DNA of 64,000 nucleotides, taken from the human T2T-CHM13v2.0 reference genome, Homo sapiens. Below the pieces are notes generated by a model. It was not told the DNA's origin, searched no databases, and saw only the letters and a list, made by a program, of their open reading frames with translations. Below, one piece after another: positions 41,300-54,200 of the stretch (position 1 is its first letter; each line of letters begins with the position of its first letter). Both the position numbers and the translations under genes were made by a program. The stretch lies in NCBI RefSeq assembly GCF_009914755.1, contig NC_060939.1. One strand, written 5' to 3'.

Positions 41300-44200
41300 G
41301 AAATGGAATGGAATGGTGAAATGAAATGTGAACTGATTGTGCCACTGCACTCCAGTATGTGTGACAGAGTGAGATCCAGTCAAAATAAAGGAATGGAAGG
41401 AAATGGAGTAGAATGGAATGGAATGGAGTGGAGTGGAATGGAATGGAGTGGAATGAAATGGAATGGAGTGGAATGGAATGGAGTGGAGTGGAATAGAATG
41501 GAATGGAGTGGAATGGAGTGAAATAGAATGGAGTGGAATGGAAGGAATGGAGTGGAATGGATTGGAGTGGAGTCGAATGGAGTGGAGTGCACTGAGTGGA
41601 ATGGATTGGACTGGAATGGAATGGAGTGGAATGGAATGGAATGGATTGGATTGAAATGAAATGGAATGGACTGGAATGCAATGGAGTGGAGTGGAGTGTA
41701 GTGGGATGGAGTCGAATGGAGTGAAATGGAGTGGAGTGGAGTGGAGTGGAATGAAATGGAATGGAACGGAATGGTGAAATGAAATGTGAGCTGAGATTGT
41801 GCCACTGCACTCCAGCCTGGGTGACAGAGTGAGATCCTGTGGAAAGATAGGAAAGTAATGTTATGGAGTGTATTGGAATTGAATGGAATGGAATGTAGTG
41901 GAGTGGAGTAGAGTGGAGTGCAGTGGAATGGAGTGGAATGCAATGTGATTCAATGGAAAGGATCGGAGGAGAGTAGAGTGCAGTGGAATGGAGTGGAATG
42001 GAATGGGATGGAATGGAGAGGAGAGGAGAAAATTGGAGTGGAGTGGAATGGAATGGAGTGGTGTGGAGTTGAGTGGACTGGAGTGGAATGGAGTGGAATG
42101 GAATGGAAAGGTGAAATGAAATGTGAGCTCAGATTGTGCCACTGTGCTCCAGTCTGTGTGAGACAGTGAGACCCTGTCGAAAGAAAGGGATGGAAGGGAA
42201 TGGTGTGGAATGGAAAGGAACGGAATTGAATGGAGTGGAGTGGAGTGCAATGGAGTGGAATGGAATGGGATGGAAAGGAATGTAATGGTTTTGAGTGGAG
42301 TGGAGTGGAGTGATGTGGAATGCAGTGGAATGTAATGGGATGGATTGGAATGGAGAGGACTGGAGTGGATTGGAATGGAATTGAATGGAATGGAATGGAA
42401 TGGAATGGAGTGGAGTGGAAAGGAGTTGAGTCCACTGGAATGCAATGTAATGGAACGGAATGGAATGGAGTGGTGAAATTAAATGTGAGATGTGATTGTG
42501 CCACTGCACTCCAAACTGTGTGACAGAGTGAGATGCTGTCAAAAGAAAGGAATGGAATGGAATGGAATGGAATGGAACGGAATGTAGAGGAGTGGAGTGG
42601 AGTGGATTGGAGTAGAATGGAGAGGATTGGAATGGATTGGAATGAGATGGGATGGAATTCAATGGAATGTAGCAGAGTGGAGTGGGCGGGAATGGAATAG
42701 AATGGACTGGAATGTAACGGAATGGAATGGCTTGGAGTGGAGTGGTGTGGAATGGAATGGTTTCGAGTGGAATTGAATTGAGCGGAGGGTAGTGGAATGA
42801 AGTGGAGTGGAATTGAGTGGAATTGAAAATATGGAATGGAATAGAGTGGAGTGGTTTGGAGTGGACTGGAGAGGAAGGGAGTTGAATGGAATGGGATGGA
42901 ATGGAATGGAGTGGAGGGGAGTGGAATGGAATGGAATGGAGTGGAATGGAATGGAATGGAAAGGAATGGAACGGAATTGAATGGTGATGTGAAATGTGAA
43001 CTGAAATTGTGTTACTGCACTCCAGCCTGTTTGACAGAGTGAGATCCTGTCAAAATAAAGGAATAGAATGGAATGGATTGGAATGGAATGGAAAGGAATG
43101 GAATGGAATGGAATGGAATGGAATGGAATGGAATGGAATGGATTGGAATGGAATGGAATTGAATGGAATGGAGTGGAGTGGAGTGAAATGGAGTGGAATG
43201 TAATGGGATGGAATGACATGGAGTGGAGTGGCGTGGAGTGGAATGGAGTGGAGATGAGTAGAATGGAATGGAATGGAGTGGAATGGATATAGTGGAATGG
43301 AGTGGAATGGAATGAAATGTAACGTATTGGAATGCAGTGGAATGGAATGGTGAAACGAAATGTGAGCTGTGATTGTGCCACTGAACTCCAACCTGGGAGA
43401 GAGAGTGAGATCCTGTCAAAAGAAAGGAAAGGAACCGAATGAATGTAATGGAATTGAATGGAGTGGAATGGAGTGGAGTGGAGTGGCGTGGAGTGGAGGG
43501 GACTGGAGTGGAGAGGAGTGGAGTGGCATGGAATGGAGGGGACTGGAGTGGAGAGGAGTGGAGTGGAGGGGAATGGAGTGGTATGGAATGGATGGAGTGG
43601 AATGGAATAGAGTGGAGAGGAGTGGAGTGGAGTGGAAAGGAGTGGAATCAAATGGGATAGAATGGAGTGAATTGGAGTGGAGTGGAGTGGAATAGAATGG
43701 AATGGAATGGAACGGAATTCAATGGAATGGAATATAAAGGAATGGAGTGGAATGGAATGGTGAAATGAAATATGAACTGAAATTGTGTCACTGCACTCCA
43801 GCCTGGGTGACAGAGTGAGATCCTCTCAAAAGAAAGAAATGGAATTGATTGCAGTATAATGGAATGTAATGGAATGGAGTAAAGTGAAATGGAGTGGAGT
43901 TGAGTGGAATGGAGTCTAATGGAACCAGATGGAATGGAGTGGAGTGGTGTGGAGTGCAATGGAATGGAATTGAATGGAAAGGAGTGGAATGGATATGGTG
44001 GAGTGGAGTAGAGTGGAAAGGAATGGAACGGAATGGAATGGAATAGAATGCAGTGGAAAGGAATGGTGAAATGAAATGTGAGCTGAGATTGTGCCACTGC
44101 ACTCCAGGCTGGGAGACAGGGTGAGATCCTGTAGAAAAAAAGGAATGGAATGGAATGCAGTGTCACAGAATGGAATGGAATGTAGAGGAGTGGAATGGAG

Positions 44201-47200
44201 TGGAATGCAATGGGATGGACTGGAATGGAGTGTAGTGGTGTGGAGTGGACAGAAGTGGTAGGGAGTTGAATGGAATGGAGTGGAGTGGTGTGGAGTGGAC
44301 TGGAGTGGAAGGGAGTTGAATTTAATGGGATGGAATGGAATGGAGTGGAGGGGAGTGGAGTGGAATAAAATGGAATGAATGGAATGGAATGGAATGGAAT
44401 GGAACGGTGAAATGAAATGTGAACTAAAACTGTGTTACTGCACTCCAGCCTGGGTGACAGAGTGAGATCCTGTCAAAAGAAAGGAATGGAATGTAATGGA
44501 ATGGAGTACAATGGAATGGAATGGAATGGAATAGAGTGGAGTGGAATGTAATGGAGTGGAGTGTAGTGGATTGGGGTGGAGTGGATAGGAGTGGAATGGA
44601 GTGGAATGGAGTGAAATGGAGTGGAGTTGACTGGAGTGGAGTGGAATGGAATGGAGTGGAATGGTAAGGAACGGAAAGAACTGGAATGGAACGGAATGAA
44701 ACGGAGTGAGTGCAGTGGAATGGAGTTGAGTGGAGATGATCGGAGTGTAGTTGCATGGAATGGAATGGAATGGAATGGAATGGAGTGGAGTAGAGTGGAG
44801 TTTAGTTGATTGTAGTGGAATGGAGTGGAGTGAAGTGGAGAAGACTGCAGTGGAGTTGAGTGGCATGGAATGAAATTGAGTGGAATGGAGTGGAGACGAA
44901 TGGAATGGAATGGATCGGAATGCAATGGAATGGAATGGAACAGAACGGAATGGAGTGGAGTGGAGTGGAGTGGAGTGGAATGGAATGGAACAGAACGGAA
45001 TGGAGTAGAGTGGAGTGAAGTGGAGTGGAGTGGAATGGAATGACATGGAATGGAATGGAATGGAATGCAATGGAATGGAAAGGGGAAATGAAATGTGAGC
45101 TAAGATTGTGCCACTGCACTCCTGTCTGGGTGACAGAGGAAGATCCAGTCGAAATAATGGAATGGAAAGGAACGAAGTAGAATGGAATGGAATGGAGTGG
45201 ACTGGAATGGAATGTAGTGGATTGGAGTAGAGTGGAGTGGAATGGAGTGGAATGGAGTGGAATGGAGTGGAGTGGAATGGAGTGGAGTGGAATGGAAAGG
45301 AATGGAGTGGAAATGAATGGAATGGAGTGGAATGGATTGGAGTGGAGTGGAATGGATTGGAGTGGAATGAAGTGTTGTGGAATGGAGTGGAATGGAGTGG
45401 AATGTAATTGAATGGAATGGAATGAAGTGCATTGGAATGTAATGGAGTGGAGTGTAATGGGTTGGAGTGGATTGGAGTGGAATGGAGTGCAGTAGAGTGA
45501 AATGGAGTGCAGTGGAAAGGAGGGTAGTGGAAAGGATTGGAGTGGAATGGAACAGAATGGAACAAAATGGAACGGAATGGAATGGAGCGGAGTGGAGTGG
45601 AGTTGAGTGGAGTGGATCAGAATGCATTGGAATGGAATGGAATGAAATGGAATGGAGTGGAGTGTAGAGTCGTGTAGTGGAGAGGAGTGGAGTGGAATGG
45701 AGTGGAGTGAAGTGGAGTGGAATGTAATGGAATGGAATAGAATGAAATGGAAAGGAATTGTGAAATTAAATGTGAGCTAAGATTGTGCCATTGCACTCCA
45801 GTATGTGTGACAGAGTGAGATCCAGTCGAAAAAAAGGAATGGAACGAAATGGAGTATAATGGAATGGAATGGAGTGGAGTGGAATGGAATGGAGTGGAAT
45901 CAAATGGAGTGGAGTGGAATGGATTGGAGTGTAATGGAGTGGAGTGGAATAGAGTGGAATGGAGTGGAATGGAGTGAAATGGAATGCAGTGGAGTGGAAG
46001 GAATGGAGTGGAATGGAGTGGAGTAGAGTCGAATGGAGTGGAGTGCTCTGAGTGTAATGGAGTGGAGTGGAATGGAATGGAGTGGAATGGAATGGAATGG
46101 TATGGACTGGAATGAAATGGAATGGAGTGGAATACAATCGAGTGGAGTGGAGTGGATTGGAGTGGAATGGAGTGGAGTGGAATGGAGTCGAATGGAGTGA
46201 AATGGAGTGGAGTGGAGTGGAGTGGAATGAAATGGAGTAGGAATGGAATGGAATGGAATGGAATGGAATGGAATGGAATGGTTAAGTGAAACGTGAGCTG
46301 AGATTGTGCCACTACACTCTAGCCTGGGTGACAGAGTGAGATCCTGTTGAAAGAAAGGAAAGTAATGTTATGGAGTGTACTGGAATTGAATGGAATGGAA
46401 TGTAGTGGAGTGGAGTGGAGTGGAGTGGAGCAGAAAGGAGTGGAATGCAATGTGATGCAATGGAAAGGATCGGAGTGGAGTGGAGTGCAGTGGTATTGAG
46501 TGGAATGGAATGGGATGGAATGGAGAGGAGAGGAGAAAAGTGGAGTGGAGTGGAATGGAATGGAGTGGAGTGGAGTGGAGTGGAATGGAGTGGAATGGAA
46601 TGGAAAGGTGAAATGAAATGTGAGCTCAGATTGTGCCACTGTACTCCAGCCTGTGTGAGACAGTGAGACCCTGTCGAAAGAAAGGGATGGAATGGAATGG
46701 AGTGGAATGGAAAGGAACGGAGTTGAATGGAGAGGAGTGGGGTGGAGTGGAGTGGAATGGAGTGGAATGGAATGGGATGGAAAGGAATGTAATGGTTTGG
46801 AGTGGAGTGGAGTTGAGTGATGTGGAATGGAGTGGAAAGGAATGGGATGGATTGGAATGGAGAGGACTGGAGTGGAGTGGAATGGAATGGAATGGAATGG
46901 AATGGTGAAATTAAATGTGAGCTGTGATTGTGCCACTGCACTCCAGCCTGGGTGACACAGTGAGATGCTGTCAAAAGAAAGGAATGGAATGGAATGGAGT
47001 GCAATGGAATGGAATGGAATGCAGACAAGTGGAGTGGAGTGCAGTAGAATGGAGAGGAATGGAATGGATTGGAATGAGATGGGATGGAATTGAATGGAAT
47101 GTAGTGGAGTGGAGTGGACTGGAATTGAAAGGAATGAACTCGAATGTAATGGAATGGAGTGGAGTGGAGAGGAGTAGAGTGGAGTGGAATGGAATGGTTT

Positions 47201-49200
47201 CCAGTGGAATTGAATGGAGTGGAGGGTAGTGGAGTGAAGTATAGTGGAATGGAATGGAATTGAATGGGATTGAATGGAATGGAGTTGAGTGGTGTGGAGT
47301 GTACTGGAGTGCAAGGGAGTTGAATGGAACGGATTAGCGTGGTGTGGAGTGGAATGGAGAGGAAGATAGTTGAATGGAATGGGATGGAATGGAATGGAGT
47401 GGAGTGGAGTGGAATAGAATGGAATGGAATGGAATGGAATGGAATGGTGAAATGAAATGTGAACTGAAATTGCGTTACTGCACTCCAGCCTGGGTGACAG
47501 AGTGAGATCCTGTCAAAAGAAAGGAATAAAATGGAATGGATTAGAATGGAACGGAATGGAATGGAATGGAATGGAATGGAACGGAACGGAACGGAATGGA
47601 ATGGAAAGGAATGGAGTGGAGTGGAGTGGAGTGGAGTGGAGTGGAATGGAGTGGAATGTAATGGGATGGAATGACATGGAGGGGAGTGGCGTAGAGTGGA
47701 ATGGAGTGGAGTGGAGTGTAATGGAATGGAATGTAATGGAGTGGGATGTATATAGGGGAGTGGAGAGGAATGGAATGGAATGAAATGGAATGGATTGGAA
47801 TGCAGTAGAATGGAATGGTGAAACGAAATATGAGCTGAGATTGTGCCACTGCACTCCATCCTGGGAGAGAGAGTGATATCCTGTCAAAAGAAAGGAATGG
47901 AATGGAATAGAGTGCAATGGAATTGAATGGAGTGGAATGGAGTGGAGTGGAGTGGACTGGAGTGGAGAAGAGTGGAGTGGAGGGGAATGGAATGGTATGG
48001 AATGGATGGAATAGAATGGAATGGAGTGGAGAGGAGTGGAGTGGAGTGGAATGGAGTGGAATGGAATGGGATCGAATGGAGTGAATTGGAGTGGAGTGGA
48101 ATGGAGTGGAATAGAATGGAATGGAATGGAATTTAATGGAATGGAATGGAAAGGAATGGAATGGATTGGAATGGTGAAATGAAATATGAACCGAAACTTT
48201 GTCACTGCACTCCAGCCTGGGTGACGGAGTGAGATCCTCTCAAAACAAAGAAATGGAATTGAAAGGAGTATAACGGAATGTAATGGAATGGAGTAGAGTG
48301 AAATGGAGTGGAGTTTAGTGGAATGGAGTCTAATGGAACCGGATGGAATGGAGTGGAGTGGTGTGGAGTGCAGTGGAATGGAATTGAATGGAGTGGAGTG
48401 GAATGGAATGGAATGGAATACAGTGGAAGGGATTGGTGAAATGAAATGTGAGCTTAGATTGCGCCACTGTACTCCAGCCTGGGAGACAGGGTGAGATCCT
48501 GTAGAAAGAAAGGAATGGAAAGGAATGGAGTGTAATGGAATGGAATGGAATGTAGTGGAATGGAATGGAATGGAGTGGAATGGAATGGAATGGAATGGAA
48601 TGGAGTGGAATGGAATGGGATGGACTGGAATGGAGTGCAGTGGTTTGGAGTGGACTGAAGTGGAAGGGAGTTGAATGGAATGGAGTGGAGTGGTGTGGAA
48701 TGGACTGGAGTGGAAGGGAGCTGAATGGAGTGGGATGGAATGCAATGGAGTGGAGTGGAGTGAAGTGGTGTGGAATAGAACGGAATGGAATGGTGAAATG
48801 AAATGTGAACTGAAATTGTGTTGCTGCACTCCAGTCTAGGTGACAGAGTGAGATCCTGTCAAAAGAAAGGAATGGAATGGAATGGAGTAGAATGGAATGG
48901 AATGGAATGGAATGGAATGGAATGGAATGGAATGGAGTGGAGTGGAGTGGAGTGGAGTGGAGTGGAATGGAGTGGAATGTAATGGGATGGAATGACATGG
49001 AGTGGAGTGGCGTGGATTGGAATGGAGTGGAGTGGAGTGGAATGGAATAGAGTGGAATGGATACAGTGGTGTGGAGTGGAATGGAATGCAGTGGAATGGA
49101 ATGGAATGGAATGGAATGGAATGGAATGCAGAAGAGTGGAGTGGAGTGGAATGGAATGTAATGGAATGGAAAGGAATGCAATGGAATGGTGAAATGAAAT
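41300..49200 (+). repeat. ~4.4-kb higher-order repeat of Alu-cassette/HSat3 subunits (two copies; partial third at ~51.5-53.3 kb)
   Basis: Nine consecutive Alu cassettes with private variants recur in the same order ~4.37-4.51 kb apart (41328/45772, 41786/46293, 42123/46620, 42485/46917, 42996/47459, 43362/47830, 43772/48186, 44078/48448, 44419/48805). Confidence 0.85.
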
Positions 49201-52200
49201 GTGAACTGAGATTGTGCCACTGTACTCCATCCTGGGTGACAGAGTAAGATCCTGTCGAAAGAAAGGAATGGAATGGAAAGGAGTGTAGTGGAATGGAATG
49301 GAGTGGAGTGAAGTGGAGTGGATTGGCGTGAATAGAATGGTATGGAGTGGAATGGAATGGAGTGGATAGGAGTGGAGTGGAGTTGAGTGGAGTGGATTGG
49401 AGTGGATTGGAGTGGAATGGAATGGGATGGAATGGAAAGGAGTGGATTGGAGTGGCGTGGAATGGAGTGGAATGGAATGGGATGGAATGGAATGGAGTGC
49501 AGTGGAGTGAAGTGGAGTGGAGTGGAGTGGAATGGAATGGAATGGAATTTAAAAGAATGGAATGGAATGAAAAGGAATGGAATGCTATGGTGAAATGAAA
49601 TGTGAGCTGAGACTGTCCCACTGTAGTCCATCCTGGGTGACAGAGTGAGATCCTGTCTTAAGAAAGGAAAGGAATGGAATGGATTGGAAAATAATGGAAA
49701 GGAATGGAATGTAGTGGAGTGGGTGGAGTGGAATGGAGTGGACTGGAGTGGAGTAAAGTGGAGTGGAGGGGAATGGAGTGGAATAGAATGGGATGGACTG
49801 GAATGGAATGAAGTGGAGTGGAGTGGAGTCGACTGGAGTGCAGAGAAGTGGAATGGAGTGGAAAGGAAAGCAATGGAATGGACTCGAGTGTAGTGGAGTG
49901 GAGTGGAATGGAGTGTAGTGGAATGGAATGGAATGGAATAGAATGCGATGGAATGCAATGGAATAAAATGGTGAAATGAAATGTGAGCTGAGTTTGTTCC
50001 ATGGCACTCCAGCCGGGGTGTGAGAGTGAGATCCTGTCAAAAGAAAGGAAAGGAGTGGAAAGGAGTGGAATGGAATAGAATGGAGTGGAGTGGAGTGCAT
50101 TAGAGTGGAGTGGAATGGAATGGGATGGAGTGGAATGGAGTAGAGTGGAGTGAACAGGAGTGGACTGGATTGGAGTAAAGTGCAGTGAAGTGGAGGGGAG
50201 TGGAATGGAGGGGAATAGAGTGGAATAGAATGGGATGGATTGGAATGGAATGGAGTGGAAGTTAGTGGAGTGGAGTTGAGTGGAGTGCACTGGAGTGGAA
50301 TGGAGTGGAATGGAATGGAATGGAATGGAATGGAATGGAGCCGAGTGGAGTGGAGTGTATTGGAGTGGAATGGAGTGGAGTGGAATTGAATAGAATGGAG
50401 CGGAGTTAAATGGAGTGGAGTGGAGTGGAGTGGAATGGAATGGAATGGAATGGAATGGAATGGAATGGAATGGAATTGAACGGAATGGAAAGGAAAGGAA
50501 TGGAATGGAATGGAATGCAATGGAATGGAATGGAGTGGAATGCAATGGAATGAAATGGAATAGAATGGTGAAATGAAATGTGAGCTGAGATTGTGCCACA
50601 GCACTCCAACCTGGGTGTGACAGTGAGAGCCTGTCGAAGGAAAGGAATGGAATGGAAGGGAATGGAATGGAATAGAGTGGAGTGGAGTTGATGGGAGTGG
50701 AATAGAGTGGAATTGAATGGGATGGAGTGGAATGGAGTGGAGTGAAGTGGAGTGGAATGGAGTGGAATTGAATGGGATGGAATGGAATGGAGTGGAGTGG
50801 AGTGGAATGGAATAGGATGGAACAGAATGGAGTGCATTGCAGTGGAGTGGAGAGGAGTGGAATGGAATGGAACAGAGTGGAGTGGACTGGAGTGGAGTAG
50901 AATGGAATGGAATAGAATGGAATGGACTCGTGAAATGAAATATGAACTGAAATTGTGCCACTGCACTCCAGCCTGGGTAACAGAGTGAGATCCTCTCAAA
51001 GAAAGGAATGGAATCGAATGGAGTGGATTGGAATGGAGTGGAATGGAGTGTAGTGGAGTGGAGTGGAGTTGAGTGGAGCGCACTGGAGTGGAATGGAGTG
51101 GAATGGAATGGTGAAATGAAATTTGAGATGAGATTGTGCTACTGCACTCCAGCTTGTGTCACAGAGTGAGATCCTGTCAAAAGAAGGGAATGGATTGCAG
51201 TGAAGTGGAATTGAAAGAAATGGAATGGAATGGAATAGAATGGGATGGGATGGAATGGAATGGGATGGGATGGAATGGAATGGAATGGGATGGGATGGAA
51301 TGGAATGGAATGAAATGGTATGGAATGGAATGGAGTGGAGTGGACAGGAGTGGTGTGGTATGGAGTGGAATCTAATGGGACAGAATGTAATGGAATGGAG
51401 TGGAGCGGAGTGCAGTGGAGTGGAATGGAGTGGAATGGAATGGGATGGAGTGTATTGATGTGGAGTGGACAGAAGCGGAGTGGAGTGGACTGGAGTGGAA
51501 GGGGGTGGAGTGGAGTGGAGCATAATGGAACAGAATGGAACGAAATGGAATGGAATGGTGAAGTAAAATGTGAGCTGAGATTGTGCCACTGCACTCCAGC
51601 CTGGGTGACAGAGTAAGATCCTTTCAAAAGATAGGAAAGTAATGTAATGGATTGTATTGGAATTGAATGGAATGGAATGCAGTGGAGTGGACTGCAGTGG
51701 AGTGGAATGGAGTGGAATGTAAAGTGATGCTATAGAAAGGATCGGAGTGGAGTGGAGTGGAGTCGAATGGAATGGAATGGAATAAGATGGAATGGAGAGG
51801 AGAGGAGAGGATTGGAGTGGAGTGGAATGGAATGGAATGGAGTGGAGTGGAGTTGAGTGGACTGGAGTGGAATGGAGTGTAATGGAATGGAAAGGTGAAA
51901 TGAAATGTGAGCTCAGATTATGCCAGTGTACTCCAGCCTGTGTGACAGAGTGAGATCCTGTCAAAAGAAAGTGATGGAATGGAATGGAGTGGAATGGAAA
52001 GGAATGGAATTGAATGGAGTGGAGTGTAGTGGAATGGAATGGAGTGGAATGGAGTGGAGTGGAGTGGAGTGGAATGGAATGGAGTGGAATGGAGTGGAGT
52101 GGAGTGGAATGGAGTGGAATGGAATGGGATGGAAAGGAATGTAATGGTTTCGAATGGAGTGGAGTGATGTGGAATGGAGTGGAATATAATGGGATGGATT

Positions 52201-52876
52201 GGAATGGAGTGGAATGGAATGGAATGGAATGGAATGGAGTGGAGTGGAATGGAATGGAGTGGAGTGCACTGGAATGCAATGGAATGAAATGGAATGGAAT
52301 GGAATGGTGAAATTAAATGTGAGCTGTGATTGTGCCACTGCACTCCAGCCTGGGTGGCAGATTGAGATGCTGTCGAAAGAAAGGAATGCAATGGAATGGA
52401 ATGGAATGGAATGGAATGGAATGGAGCGGAATGGAGAGGAGTGGTGTGGAGTGGAGTGCAGTGGAGTGGAGTGGAGTGGAGAGGAATGGAATGGAGTGGA
52501 ATGGGATGGGAAGGAATTGAATGGAATATAGCAGAGTGGAGTGGACTGGAATGGAATGGAATGGCGTGGAGTGGAGTGGAGTGGAGTGGAATGGAATTAA
52601 ATAGAATGGAATTGAATGCAATGGAATGGTGAAATGAAATGTGATCTGAGATTGTGCCACTGCACTCCAGCCTCAGTGACAGAGTGACACTCTTTCGAAG
52701 AAAACGAATGGAATGGAATGGAGTGGAATGGAATGGAATGGAGTGGAGAGTAGTGGAGTGGAGTGAAGTGGAGTGGAGAGGAATGGAATAGTTTGGAGTG
52801 GAATTCAATGGAGTGGAGGGTAGTGGAGTGAAATGGATTGGAATGGAGTGGAATGGAATGGGTTGGAATGGAGTGG

Positions 52877-53060
52877 AGTGGTTTGGAGCGGACTGGAGTG
52901 GAATGGAATGGGTTGGAATGGAGTGGAGTGGTGTGGAGCGGACTGGAGTGGATGGGAGTTGAATGGAATGGAGTGGAGTGGTGTGGAGCGGACTGGAGTG
53001 GATGGGAGTTGAATGGAATGGAGTGGAGTGGTGTGGAGTGGACTGGAGTGGAAGGGAGTT
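52877..53060 (+). repeat. 50-bp tandem repeat, ~4 copies
   Basis: gt(g/t)tggag(c/t)ggactggagtgga starts at 52881, 52931, 52981 and 53031. Confidence 0.8.
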
Positions 53061-54102
53061 TAATGGAATGGGATGGAATGGAATGGAGTGGAGTGGAGTT
53101 TAATAGAATGGGATGGAATGGAATTGAATGGAAAGGAATGGAATGGAATGGAATGGAATGGAATGGAATGGAATGGTGAAATGAAATGTGAACTGAAATT
53201 GTGTTACTGCACTCCACCCTGGGTGACAGAGTGAGATCCTGTCAAAAGAAAGGAACGGAATGGAATGGAGTAGAATGGAATGGAATGGAATGGAGTGGAT
53301 TGGAGTGGAGTTTAGTGGAGTGGAGTGGAATGCTGTGGAATGGAATGGGATGGAATGGAATGGAATGGAGTGGAGTAGAGTTGATTAGAGTGGAGTGGAG
53401 TGGAGTGGAATGGAGTAGAATACAATGGAATTCAATGGAATGGAGTGGAGTGGATTGGAATGTAGAAGGGTGGACTGGAATGAAGTGGAATGGAATGGAA
53501 TGGAATGGAATGGAATTGAATGGAGTGGAGTGAAGTGGAGTGGAATGGAATGGAATGAAATGGTGAAATGAAATGTGAGCTGAGATAGCGCCGCTGCACT
53601 CCAGCCTGGGTGACAGAGTGAGATCCTGTTGAAAGAAAGGAATGGAATGGAATGGAATGGAATGGAATGGAATGGAATGGAATGGAATGGAATGGAATGG
53701 AATGGAATGGAATGGAATGGAGTGGAGTGAAGTGGAGTGGAGTGGAGTGGAGAGGAATGGAGTGGAATGTGATGGGATGGATTGGAGTGGAATGGAGTAG
53801 AATGGACTGGACTGAAGTGGAGTGGATTGGAGTGGAATGGAGTGGAATGGAGTGGATGGAATGGAATGAAATGGATTGGAATGGAGTTGAGTGGATTGAA
53901 GTGGAGTGGAGTGGAGTGAAGTGCAGTGGAATGTTATGGAATGGAAATGAATGGAATGGAATGCAATGCAATATAATGGTGAAGTGAAATGTCAGCTGAG
54001 ATTACTCCACTGCACTCCAGCCTGGGTGACAGAGTGATATCCTGTCGAAAGAAAGGGATGGAATGGAATGGCATGGTGTGGAATGGAATGGAATGGAAGG
54101 GA

Positions 54103-54200
54103 GTGTAGTGTAGTGTAGTGTAATGTAGTGTAGTGTAGTGTAGTGTAGTGTAGTGTAGTGTAGTGTAGTGTAATGTAGTGTAGTGTAGTGTAGTGTAGTG
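54103..54200 (+). repeat. (GTAGT)n microsatellite, ~19-20 units
   Basis: Nearly pure tagtg run, with taatg interruptions at 54121 and 54171. Confidence 0.95.

Larger units (their letters stand above)
1517..41390 (+). mobile_element. Dispersed Alu 3'-end cassettes within HSat3, distal variant (29 copies)
   Basis: Recurrent cassette ggtgaaatgaaat-GTGAGCTAAGATTGTGCCACTGCACTCCAGTCTGGGTGACAGAGTGAGATCCAGTCG-aaataaagg, matching the Alu right-arm 3' end with CpG decay. Approximate starts: 1529, 2415, 3227, 4365, 5041, 5933, 7087, 8580, 9397, 10213, 12600, 13202, 14095, 14407, 15066, 15738, 18310, 18955, 22006, 22949, 23967, 25897, 27157, 27719, 28986, 34724, 36540, 40410, 41328. Confidence 0.9.
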
